Sequence record: MK250016.1
Length of the DNA stretch: 32,000 bases
Reading direction: 5' to 3' (one strand)
Source of the DNA: Prevotella phage Lak-A1
A program made the position numbers and the translations under genes. Below the pieces are notes generated by a model, which had not been told where the DNA came from, did not search any database, and saw only the letters and a list, made by a program, of their open reading frames with translations. Shown here one piece after another: positions 18,682 through 29,731 of this stretch; within the stretch, counting starts at the first letter, position 1, and every line of letters begins with the position of its first letter.

Positions 18682-19881
18682 ATGAAAAATGAAATTTTAT
18701 CATTAATATAGAATAATGATGGAACTATTAATACTCATTTTAAAAAAATATTAAAAACACATAAAGATATTTATGATAAGATCTTATTATATTATGATGA
18801 TTCAACATCTTTAACAGAAGCAGTATATCGTATAATTAATAATTTAGATGAAAGACCTAAATGTCCTGTATGCGGTAAAAAATTAAAATTTTATGGGTTT
18901 TCTACAGGATTTGCAAAATCTTGTTCTATAAGATGTGCTCAATATAATATAGAAACATAGTAGAAAATAAAAGAAACATGTTTAAAGAGATATGGTGAAA
19001 CAAATGCAATGAAAAATAAACAAATATATAATAAAGCAAAGAATACTATAATTAAAAAATATGGAGTTGATAATGTATCTAAATCTGATATAATTAAATA
19101 GAAAAAAGTTGAAACATGTTTAAATAATTATGGTGTTAAATATGCATTACATTTACCAGATGTTAAAGAAAAAGCAAGTAAAAATTCTCATACTAAAGAA
19201 GTACGTGACAAAGCAAAGAATACTATAATTAAAAAATATGGAGTTGATAATGTATCTAAATCTGATATAATTAAATAGAAAAAAGTTGAAACATGTTTAA
19301 ATAATTATGGTGTTAAATATCCTATGCAATCTAATATTGTATAGAATAAATCTATGTAGTCATGTTTAAATATATATGGATGTAAATCTATATCATAGGT
19401 GTATTCTATAAAATAGAAGAAAATAGAAACAATGCGCTTACATAATTCTTTTTGTATATCTAAACCAGAAAATAAAATATTGAATATTTTATTAAATAAA
19501 TATAATGATACATGTTATCAATATAGTTCAGATTTATATCCATTTCATTGTGATTTTTATATACCATCATTAAATTTATATATAGAATATAATGGTAGTT
19601 GGACACATGGAAAACATCCATTTAATAAAGATAATGAAGATGATATAGAAATACTTAATAATTGGAAAATTAAATCGGAAACAAGTAAATTTTATAAAAG
19701 TGCAATAGAAACTTGGACAATACGAGATGTAAATAAACGCAATTTAGCATATAAAAATAAATTAAATTTTATTGAAATCTGGTATGTTTATAAAAATTAT
19801 CATATAATAGGATATTATCAAGGTAAATATATTGATACTGTTATGCCTTAGCTATTTGATAGACATGAAATGATACAATAA
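18682..19881 (+). CDS. repeat-containing putative endonuclease, paralog of 11147..12493, 399 aa; 10 in-frame TAGs
   Basis: Same architecture: CPVCGKK motif, KKYGV repeats, C-terminal PFHCDFYIPSLNLYIEYNGSWTHGKHPFNKDNEDDIEILNNW; includes track ORF 19432..19851. Confidence 0.8.
19033..19143 (+). repeat. 111-bp exact direct repeat, copy 1 (37 codons)
   Basis: aaagcaaagaatactataattaaaaaatatggagttgataatg...gtgttaaatat, identical to 19210-19320. Confidence 0.85.
19210..19320 (+). repeat. 111-bp exact direct repeat, copy 2
   Basis: Identical to 19033-19143, offset 177 nt (59 codons), frame preserved. Confidence 0.85.
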
Positions 19882-19888
19882 TTTAATT

Positions 19889-20662
19889 ATGCATTATATA
19901 CAAGAAACAGATAATTTTAACATAAATCTTCCTTTGTATGGTTCATATTTATTATATAATCCAAATACAAAAGAAACTGTAGTTAAAAAATCACCAAATC
20001 CTAAATATATTTCTGCTGATACATTTATTGATGTTGCTAATGAACTTAAACAAATTGCAACGGACTTAAAAATTACACCTACTGAATTACCATTATTTCA
20101 ATATATTAGATATAGTCGCTATAAAGACGCAACATGGACAATTATTGCAGGTACAATAGATAATAATTTTAAAGTGAAAGCAGATGTATCATATTCAATG
20201 GTTCCTAATATTCAATAGATGATTTTACCTTCAAAAGAAACTTTAGATTTTCCTCATTTTTGTGGAACTATAAACGGTTTAATAAAAGGACATGGTGATC
20301 TTTGTGGATGGGCAGGTGATGCAGTCGAATATGCAGCAGATTTAATGAAAGATTAGAATGCAGTATTTCCATCAGGTGGGTTTGACAGTGAAGATTTAAG
20401 AACTGATTTAGATGCTTATAATTTATATAATATTAGTAATACAAATATTATAGATAATATAAAATCATATTATGAAAATATTACAGATAGTAAAAGAATT
20501 TCATTATTTTTAAAAGGTGGTGAAAATATTACTACAAGATTTAACAGTTCACCAGATATATTTTATCTTAATATATTAAAACAAAAGATGAATGTAACTG
20601 ATGAATATATGACATTAGCATTAAATAAAATACAAACATATATGGATAAAAATAAAGGTTGA
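19889..20662 (+). CDS. hypothetical protein, 257 aa; 2 in-frame TAGs; possible cell-wall-active/tail-associated enzyme
   Basis: Track ORF 19889..20218 continues through TAG to TGA at 20660; HFCGTINGLIKGHGDLCGWAGDAVEYAADLM motif; next to amidase. Confidence 0.65.
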
Positions 20663-20686
20663 TAATTTTCGATATTATCAACCTTT
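20654..20686. terminator. bidirectional hairpin terminator between convergent genes
   Basis: aaaggttgataa / ttatcaaccttt 12-bp perfect stem. Confidence 0.85.
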
Positions 20687-20691
20687 ATTTT

Positions 20692-21339
20692 TTATAAACT
20701 TGCAATATATTTCTTTATACCTTCCACATGAATATCTGTAATTATATTTCTACCTTCATTACTTAATAACCATGTAGCATCTTCTTTATTATCCATAAAC
20801 ATATTTTCTGTTAAACATGCAGGACATGCAGTTTTTGATAATACATAATAATTTGCTTCCTGATCAGGATCACCATCTGAATTATCAGGGCGTAATTTCT
20901 TACCCAATGGTTTTAATTTAGATTCGGCAACTTCATAGATACATGTTGCTAATTTATCTGCAGATGTTTGTCCTTTACTTGTATATACAGACCAACCTTG
21001 TGCATTCATCCATGAACCATTTCCAGCGGCATTTACATGAATAGAAATAAAAATTGCTTTATTTCCCTTTGCTTTTTCTTCAAGATATTTTTTATTAGCA
21101 CGTTGAACTCGAAGATTTAAATCATAAGATTGACTTGTAATCTCTTCCACTTCAGGATGTGTAATATAACATCTATATCCTCCTGAAATTAACTTATTGT
21201 AAACTTCATATCCTATTGCACGAACATATGCATATTCTTTTAACTATGTTTTACCATCGTCAAATACAGGACTGGATTTCCCTGGTGTATTACAACCATG
21301 TCCCATATCAAGCATTACTAAAACTTTACTCTTTTCCAT
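20692..21339 (-). CDS. N-acetylmuramoyl-L-alanine amidase (Amidase_3-like endolysin), 215 aa; 1 in-frame TAG
   Basis: MEKSKVLVMLDMGHGCNTPGKSSP..., ISIHVNAAGNGSW, ACLTENMFMDNKED; N-terminus with DxGHG is only recovered by reading through TAG near 21244. Confidence 0.88.
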
Positions 21340-21341
21340 AA

Positions 21342-22817
21342 TTAATACATCTTATCATATAATTTAAATGTAAATACTGATAATTCTTTTAAGCAATTAT
21401 TACTTAAACAAACACCATCTCCAGCAGCAGTTGGTGCCAAGAAATTTTTATAATTATCAGAAATACTCTTATTTACTTTAATTGTTTTTCTATCTCTCTT
21501 TCCTTGTTTAATTTCTTCTTTACATCTATTTAAAATTGATATGAGATTATCATATATATTTTGTACATCATCTTTCTTCAAAGTATATACAATATAATCA
21601 ATATTACTTGTTCCAATATATCTAGGAAATAAAATATATTGAATATTATCATCAGATAATATATCTAATTCTCCCTTTCTTGAAATATTAATTCTAAAAT
21701 TATCTTCGCTTGATTTACGTCTCTATGCAACAGCAATACTAAAAACAGATGGAAATCCAGGAGCATTATTAATATTTCTTACTATAAAATCTTGATTTCC
21801 TCTTCTTGCAGATTTATTGAAAAATGTAGATTTACCAAATTTTTTCATAAGCACGCCATTCAATCTTTCCTTTAAATGTGTAGATGAATTATTATGTGAA
21901 TAATCATATCTATCTTCATTTAAACTACGTTTAATACTAACTGCAATAGATTCAATTAATGATTTATATAACTAATTATTATTCATTTTTTCTGATACCT
22001 ATTTTAATTTATTTATTGTATTTTTATCAATAATTGCATAATCATCTCCATCATATCGTATTTCAGAATTATCAGCTAATATATCAAAAAACTTAGGATT
22101 CTTTTTATTAAATTGATATATAGGTATATTATCTATACATGTTGTACATGTATTTACAAATACTTTATTAAACTGTTTAAGTAATGAATTAAGTAATGAA
22201 ATACATGTAGTCTCATCCTATATAGATAATTGCCTTATATATACTATATTCGCTATACATTCTGATTTTATATTTAATAATTTTGGAAAATTATTTGCAA
22301 ACTCATTTGATATTTTATAATCACTAGATGATAATCGACGTTCTTTATTATATATTACACAAAAAGAATCTCTTACATTATTATATGTAATGTCATCATA
22401 ACCATATATAATTTTATCTGTTATAATATTATATTCATCATATAATATATTTGTGAATTTTATAATATAAAAATCATCATCACTTATACGCGTTTTATTG
22501 GTACTATACATATAAGGATAAACCTATATATATTCTATTCTTGTATAATTATTATTAAATTTAAATGTTAAATAAATACAATCAGGATTAAATGGTAATT
22601 TTACATTATCATATGTTAACTATTCTCCTTTATTATAATCTTTGTAACAATCTTTATCTAACATAATTAAATAATGATCATATATCTCATAGGATACTTT
22701 CATCCAATCAATTTCTCTAGCAAATCTATGTGCAATCTCTTCTACATCATTAGATAATATAGATGATGTTAAAATATTATTATCATCATTAAAATCTATA
22801 TCATTAAATAAATCCAT
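21342..22817 (-). CDS. hypothetical protein, 491 aa; 6 in-frame TAGs
   Basis: Track ORFs 22620..22817, 22218..22511 and 21342..21581 share one frame with only TAG (cta on +) between them. Confidence 0.75.
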
Positions 22818-22847
22818 TAAAATAAACTACTATTTTAAATATTTATT

Positions 22848-23189
22848 TTAAAAGGGTAATTCTTCTCCAGGTTCCATAGGTAAAAATGAAAGTGTTGGAA
22901 TTATATTATGTTTTCTAAAATACTTTTTATGCATTTTCTTTGCAGTTCTCCATTCTCTTATAGATTCTCTTGAAACAGTAAAACTTGGACAATTTTCACA
23001 AATATCAAATATATTTTTATTTAATTCATTTTCAATTTCATATACTGGTCTATTATCATAATTTGGTTGTCGAGAACAACAAAACCAATTAATATACATA
23101 GGATATGGATCATCTGTTACCATATCATCAAATGACTTATCATGTGCGCATTTACAACCACAAAATTTTTTTCTTAATCTACTTTTCAT
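22848..23189 (-). CDS. Cys-rich hypothetical protein, 113 aa
   Basis: ORF track; several Cys (CGCKC, FCC, CENC) suggest metal binding. Confidence 0.7.
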   Translation of the reverse strand: MKSRLRKKFCGCKCAHDKSFDDMVTDDPYPMYINWFCCSRQPNYDNRPVYEIENELNKNIFDICENCPSFTVSRESIREWRTAKKMHKKYFRKHNIIPTLSFLPMEPGEELPF

Positions 23190-23294
23190 ATCTGTTTAAT
23201 TTAAAATATTATATAACATTTATATAATAATAAATCTATTAATGTTTGTTAAATTTTACTTATAAATATGTTAAATGCTAAATAATTTAATTAT

Positions 23295-25448
23295 ATGGCA
23301 AGAAGAAGTTCAACTATTAGAGATATTAGAGCAAATGCATTGGATAAGCAGTCAGAGAGCGTAAAAATGTCTACTGTTTATACAACTGCAAAAATTAATT
23401 AGATATTAGACGATATAAAGAAAGGTAAAAAACCAGATCTTAACCCGTTTTATCATGGTAAAAAAGATTTAAGGGATTCTGGTATTACTTTCGAACGTAC
23501 ACAAGAAGAAGATGATGAATATAAAAAATGTGCAATGGATTGCATATATTTTGTTTCAAGATATGTAAAATTCAGAAACGACAAAGGTTTTACATTGGTT
23601 AAATTAAGAGATTATTAGGAAGACGTTATTCATCTTTTTTCTGATGAAATATGGGATGAAGAACTACAAGATGTTCGTATGAAAAATCGAAGAGTAATTC
23701 TTTTGTAGGCACGTCAAACTGCGAAATCTACAACTTGCGTCGCGTATTTTGTATGGTACTTGATTTTTCATGCAGACCGTAACTTAATGATCACAGCTAA
23801 TAAAGAGTCTACTACAAAGGAAATTCTTAAAAAATGTATGGATGTATTTAAAGCATTACCATACTTCTTGAAGCCGGGTATTGAAGAATATTCAAAAACA
23901 ACTTTAAGAACTGAGAATGGCTGTTCTTTAAGAGCAGTTGCAACTACTGGTGATTCTGCAACAGGTGATTCAATAAATATCCTTCTCATTGATGAATGTG
24001 CACTAATATCTCAAAATGTAATTAAGGAATTCTGGGCATCAGTTTACCCAACAATGTCAAACTTCCAGTAGTCTTAGATTATTGTTTTGTCAACACCACG
24101 TGGTAGAACAGGACTTTATTATGATTTATGGGAGGGTGCATAGAATGGTAAAAATGGTTTTGTGTCAAAACGTGTAGACTGGTGGCAGGTACCAGGTAGA
24201 GATGAAAAATGGAAGCAAGATTAGATTTCTGTATTCGGACAAGATTTATGGGAACGTGAGTTTGAACTTTCATTTGATACTAATGAATCTAGATTGTTAT
24301 CAAAGAATGCATTAGAGAAAATAGATCATATAAAGAGAAAATTTGAACATGTTGAGATATATGGTGTACCTAAACGTGTAACTGATAAAATATATTGGGA
24401 TCCAGAATTTCATCCAGATTAGTTAACATATGAAGATAAGATACAACGAAGATTTGTATGTATAATTGATACTGCATAGGGAACTGAAGCTGGTGAATAT
24501 GGTAAAGAAGATTCAGATTATAATATTATTAATATATTTGAAATGAAACTTTTAGATCCTGAAATAATTTTAAAGAATAGACTTGGATATAAAGCAGTTA
24601 AATATACTAACTGTATATGTTTAGAATAGGTTGGTATTTACATAGATAATAATTTTGATGAAGAAGAATGTGCAGCAGCTGCCCAACATATTGCATTTGA
24701 TGTATTCAGTAATGGTGGAGGTTATGAAGGTGAAATAGATAATATGAGAATATTATATGAAACTAATTTTAATGGTAAGAATTTCAGAAAGATTTTTTAG
24801 AAGCATGATTAGTTTTATGATACAATATTAAAAGGTTTCTTAACAACTGGTGGAAATCACGGCAAGAAATATTTCTGTGAACTTGGTGCAAAGCTTATTG
24901 ATCTTGATTAGATTATTGTTAAGTAGGATCATGAAATACCTGTATTATCTTCTGTTGAATAGTTAAAGTCATTCGGTAAAGTAAAGAATAGTTATGCAGG
25001 TTTATCTATGCATGATGATATATCTATTACTATATTATTTGCAAGTCGTTTCTTTGAAGATGACAGTCAATTTGAATGGCTTGATGAATGGTTTAGCCAA
25101 TTACCAAATTATAATTATAATACAATAGAAGAAAGAAATAAGGTTTTACAGATATTAAATTATCTTGAAATATATGAATATACTAAAGAAGATGATGATA
25201 CTGAAGCTGATAATTATTCAGAATTAGTAAGTGCAGCAACCTCAGGATTTGGACAAATAACATAGCAAGCATCTGGAACATATGGTTCATTAATGCATAA
25301 TTAGAATACATCAACACCGTATCATAATAATCCTAATAATATGAATGGAAATTATTATCCACCTCAACAGCAAACACCTATGTATTAGGGAACATACTCC
25401 AGTTTAAGTAGAAATAATTTAATGAATTCACGTTTTATCAAGCGTTAA
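23295..25448 (+). CDS. terL: terminase large subunit, 717 aa; about 18 in-frame TAGs
   Basis: Walker A-like VILLQARQTAKSTTCVAYFVWYLIF, Walker B ILLIDECALI, LSTPRG, nuclease-like IIDTAQG...DYN and MHDDISITILFA. Confidence 0.92.
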
Positions 25449-25484
25449 AATAAATATATTAATAATTTAATAAAATTTAGATAT

Positions 25485-27002
25485 ATGAATAAGAAATTAT
25501 ATAATTCTATAGTTAGAGGAATATCAGAGTCATTATAGAAATCATTGTATGAAGGTTTGTTTGATGATGTAGATGATATATTATCAAATGATGATATAGA
25601 TTCTTCTTAGCTAATGGATGATTATTTAAAGAAAGTTATATTGGAAACATTATGTACAATTGATGCTTATCATAATGTTGAAGCAGATGAAGATGACGGT
25701 TTACCTATGATAAAATAGAATCCTGATAATAATTTATAGTATTATATTGCTCCTTACACTACATATAAACGTGAAAAGTTAGGACCTAGAAAAAGGAAGA
25801 GATATAATTTAAATTATTTCTACAGATATATTTTGACATTTGATGAAACAGGCGGAATAATATTAGATATTACAAAATTCGGTAATAAAAGAAATTTCAT
25901 TATTAATGATCAGTTATATTAGTTTATTTGTAAAACTCCATATACAATAAGTGAAATAAAATATCATTTACCATATAATGAATATACTCCATATACAGAA
26001 CAATGGGAGAAAATATGGATAATAGACAGAACACCACTTTCTAAACCAAAAAATATTCCAAATTCATTTGTTAATAATTTTCCAGAAAAAATAACACCTA
26101 TGTATTCTGATGAATTAAAAGATGATATGAATCCATCTAATAATTCTATAATAGGCAGAGAATGGTTTACATCAGATGAAATGTTTTTAACATTTATACA
26201 GAAACTTGTAAATAATCAATTTGATATATCAGATGGAGATTTTTTTGTATATAATTAGAATACAATAGATGAACGTAGAAAAGAACTTTTATCAGGTAAT
26301 CAGGATAAACAAATAGAAGAAGAAAATGATGCAAAATTGAATTTCAGTAGAAGTATACTGGGTGAAAAATATTATCAAAAATTTAATCAAATTTCGCAAT
26401 ATTTTCAAGAAAATAACATAAAATTTTACTTAAAAACAATAAATACTTTCAGAACATGTAAAATTTGTTTAAAAGATACAGTATTGAATTTAAGACGTTA
26501 GAATGGATATATATTTGATGAGATTGATAATATAGAAGAACCTAATAGAGTAGAACCATTTTTTGAACGATAGCTATTATATAAAATGTTTTGTATAATG
26601 AAACATGAAAAATTAAATGACTGGAAAATTCAGCAGACTTATGATGAATGTATAAATGGTACTCTGGTAAGTTATAATTTTTATAATACATCAACTTCAT
26701 ATTATGATATAAACACATTACCTATAAAATTTGATAACAAATATGCTATATATAATTTGTATTATGTAATTGGTAAAGCTATATCAGACAGTAAACCGAT
26801 TTATGAATTAGGCGTTAAAAAATTTGACAAATATCCATATCAAAATGATGTAACATTAGGTCCAACATCTATATTAGCTGCTAATGAAATAGAAACAACC
26901 GGTAATGCATCATTTAATATGTCAATGTTCGATTATAGTTATTTAACAGATTAGTTAAAGACAATTATTGATAAAGTTTGTAAAAAATACAAAATAAAGT
27001 GA
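25485..27002 (+). CDS. hypothetical phage protein, 505 aa; 9 in-frame TAGs
   Basis: Continuous under code 15; includes track ORF 26586..26954 in frame; directly downstream of terL. Confidence 0.75.
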
Positions 27003-27015
27003 AATTGTTATTAAT

Positions 27016-27606
27016 ATGAGAATAACCACATTAAACCAATTAAAAGAATATACTACATATACATATTATAAATTAAATAAACCTGAATATACAAAAAAGA
27101 AAAAAGTTTATATTTGTCAACCTATTAACTATATAGATGAAGGATGTACACATATGGATATATGGTCAGGATATATATTTTATAAAACTAATGCAGTTTC
27201 CAGGAATGTAGGTTATTATGGTTTTTTATTAGATAAAGAATCAGATGAAACATATAATAATATAATTAAAAAACAACCAAAATATCTTGGTAAAATTTCA
27301 CCTATGTGGTATGTAAATACTACATTGTATAATATACAATCTGAAGAAAATTGTAAGTTATATAAAAATCTGAAATTAGAAGAAAATCTATTAACAGAAA
27401 ATAATAAAGCAGTATTTACAGATAAGCATGAAATAGAACAATATATAGATGATATAAGAAATAATATCATTAAGATTCCAGAAGTAGAACATATTGTTAC
27501 AATGAAAACATGGTATAATGATAAAGATGGAAATAAAATAGAAGAAACATCAGTTAGACATTTACCAAGCGGGAAAACAGATATAATAAAAACAATAATA
27601 AAATAA
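27016..27606 (+). CDS. hypothetical protein, 196 aa, no in-frame TAG
   Basis: ORF track. Confidence 0.75.
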   Translation: MRITTLNQLKEYTTYTYYKLNKPEYTKKKKVYICQPINYIDEGCTHMDIWSGYIFYKTNAVSRNVGYYGFLLDKESDETYNNIIKKQPKYLGKISPMWYVNTTLYNIQSEENCKLYKNLKLEENLLTENNKAVFTDKHEIEQYIDDIRNNIIKIPEVEHIVTMKTWYNDKDGNKIEETSVRHLPSGKTDIIKTIIK

Positions 27607-27617
27607 TGTTAAAATTT

Positions 27618-27650
27618 AAAGTCTTCACAATAATATGTGAAGACTTTTTT
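27618..27650 (+). terminator. Rho-independent-like terminator
   Basis: aaagtcttcac / gtgaagacttt stem plus T tract. Confidence 0.85.
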
Positions 27651-27694
27651 ATTTATTATTATATAAACACTAATTAACTATATTTTTATAAAAA

Positions 27695-28831
27695 ATGAAT
27701 ACTGAAAATAAATTTAATTATGTTCTTGTCGGCGGAACATTTAATGATAATAAAGGAAAAGAATCTGGCGTAGTGAATAAATTATATCACGCATTAGGTA
27801 CATTTAATTCTGTTATGTATAATGGTGGTAATTATTTCGATTTGGTTGGTAATGCATTATCATCTATTACAGAAACAGATCTTATTATATGGATGGCAGA
27901 TGTAGATAATGCTAAAGAGAAAATATATCCAGTTAAAAATACAGGTTCTGTATTAATTTGCTCAAAAGTTATTAGAGACGGTTATACATATAAAGATGCA
28001 ATTGCACGTATATTTAAAATGCATGGTAATGCTGTTATTGCAATCACAAAAGATAGTAAAGCAAATATGTTTATGTTTGAATTTTGGGATGCATTAGCAA
28101 ATTGTTGGTACAGTGGTTCTGATATTGAAAAATTAGCATTAACAATATATAGATTTTATATATTCAGTAAAGGCAGTATTCGTCGACAAACAGCACGAGA
28201 TACCTCATTAATTAAATATAATGATGGTAGACCTGATGATTTAAATGATTTTATTAGGTTGAATAATAGTCTTGCTGATTTTATTCAAACGTCGTGTGGT
28301 GATAGGTTTTTCGGTAATTTATCTACACGTTGTCAAAAGTTATTTCCATCAGAACGTGATGGTAAATTTATTTATGTAAGTCCAAGAAATGTAGATAAAC
28401 ATAGGTTAACTCCTTCTGATTTTGTTTTATTTAATACAGATGATTATACTTATTATTCAGTAGATGAAAAAATAAAGCCATCTGTTGATTCTCCTGTACA
28501 ATCTGAAATATATAAAGAATTCCCATCTATCAATTATATGATTCATGGACATGCATTTATATCTATTATGAAAGAGTTAGATGAAAATAATATTCCATGT
28601 GCAAGTACAGAGAATTATTTTCCATGTGGAGACTTAAGAGAATTAACAGAAGTAAAGAAACTTATGAAACATATCATATATGATGAATGTCATAAAGATT
28701 ATGGTATAATAAATTTGAAAGGACATGGTTTTTTAATGTTCAGTCAGACTTTTGAACAAATGAAATATATGATTAATGATATATATGCATTCAAAATGAA
28801 TGATGGTAAACAATTATTTAAATTTTATTAA
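27695..28831 (+). CDS. protein with C-terminal class II aldolase/adducin-like domain, 378 aa; N-terminal domain unassigned
   Basis: GKFIYVSPRNVDKHRLTPSDFVLFN......KPSVDSPVQSEIYKEFPSINYMIHGHAFIS matches the class II aldolase core pattern. Confidence 0.72.
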   Translation: MNTENKFNYVLVGGTFNDNKGKESGVVNKLYHALGTFNSVMYNGGNYFDLVGNALSSITETDLIIWMADVDNAKEKIYPVKNTGSVLICSKVIRDGYTYKDAIARIFKMHGNAVIAITKDSKANMFMFEFWDALANCWYSGSDIEKLALTIYRFYIFSKGSIRRQTARDTSLIKYNDGRPDDLNDFIRLNNSLADFIQTSCGDRFFGNLSTRCQKLFPSERDGKFIYVSPRNVDKHRLTPSDFVLFNTDDYTYYSVDEKIKPSVDSPVQSEIYKEFPSINYMIHGHAFISIMKELDENNIPCASTENYFPCGDLRELTEVKKLMKHIIYDECHKDYGIINLKGHGFLMFSQTFEQMKYMINDIYAFKMNDGKQLFKFY

Positions 28832-28833
28832 TA

Positions 28834-29529
28834 ATGGGAAAATTCAATATTAAATCATTATTTGTTGAAGAAACAAATACAGACGATGAAGTTAAAGATA
28901 CTACAGTCGAAACTTCAAATAATTCAAATAATAAACCAAATGTAGAAAGTAATGTATCTACAACAAACGTACAATCACCAGCATCTGTTCCAGCTGATGC
29001 ATCAGTTAATTCTGGAAAGGAAGAAGTAAATCAAGAACTTCTTAATAAACTATGTAATTATCTAGAAACATGTAAAATCGAAGGTGGTGATTATATGCAA
29101 CTTAAAAAAGCGGCAAACAGTGATGGAATGAAAGTTATTCCAGATGAAGCTGTCAGATTCCAAGCTGCATATGCAACGCTAAAAAGTGTAAATCCAAATC
29201 TTACAAAAGATATTATTATCAATTCTATTGATACATATATTTCTGAAATGAATAAGCAATATGATATTGCTATTAAACAGATTGAAGAAAAAAGAAAGAT
29301 TAATGTAGGTGATAAGAAAAGAGCACATGAGGAGAAAGCTCAACGAATTGCAATGCTTCAAAAAGAGATTGTAGAATTATCTACTGAAATGACAAAATTA
29401 TCTGATGAAATTAAAGAAGGTGATGCAGAATGTGATAAGAATGTAAAGGAATTTAGAAATGCTGTAAATGTTATTGTATCTGCATTGGAATCAGATAAGA
29501 AAAAGATTTCTGAAAAGTTAGTAAATTAA
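28834..29529 (+). CDS. hypothetical coiled-coil protein, 231 aa
   Basis: ORF track; S/N/P-rich N-terminal linker then ETCKIEGGDYMQLKKA domain and long coiled coil. Confidence 0.8.
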   Translation: MGKFNIKSLFVEETNTDDEVKDTTVETSNNSNNKPNVESNVSTTNVQSPASVPADASVNSGKEEVNQELLNKLCNYLETCKIEGGDYMQLKKAANSDGMKVIPDEAVRFQAAYATLKSVNPNLTKDIIINSIDTYISEMNKQYDIAIKQIEEKRKINVGDKKRAHEEKAQRIAMLQKEIVELSTEMTKLSDEIKEGDAECDKNVKEFRNAVNVIVSALESDKKKISEKLVN

Positions 29530-29533
29530 TAAT

Positions 29534-29716
29534 ATGAGAGTAATAATTAAAAATTACGATTCTACAAAAGCAAAAGATATTATTATTCCTGTAGAAAATA
29601 ATATGGATAAACATGTAGACTTTTCAGGCGGTTATGTTGTATTAAATGATGCAAATGGTAATAAAGTTGTTTATGTAGATTTTATGAAATATCCTGAAGT
29701 AACATTAGATTTATAA
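29534..29716 (+). CDS. hypothetical small protein, 60 aa
   Basis: ORF track; tightly packed. Confidence 0.7.
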   Translation: MRVIIKNYDSTKAKDIIIPVENNMDKHVDFSGGYVVLNDANGNKVVYVDFMKYPEVTLDL

Positions 29717-29731
29717 TAATTAAATAAAAAT

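Noticed and set aside
23768-24273. - strand ORFs 23768..23989 and 24079..24273
   Set aside because: Antisense to terL
27216-27470. - strand ORF (84 aa)
   Set aside because: Antisense to ORF 27016..27606
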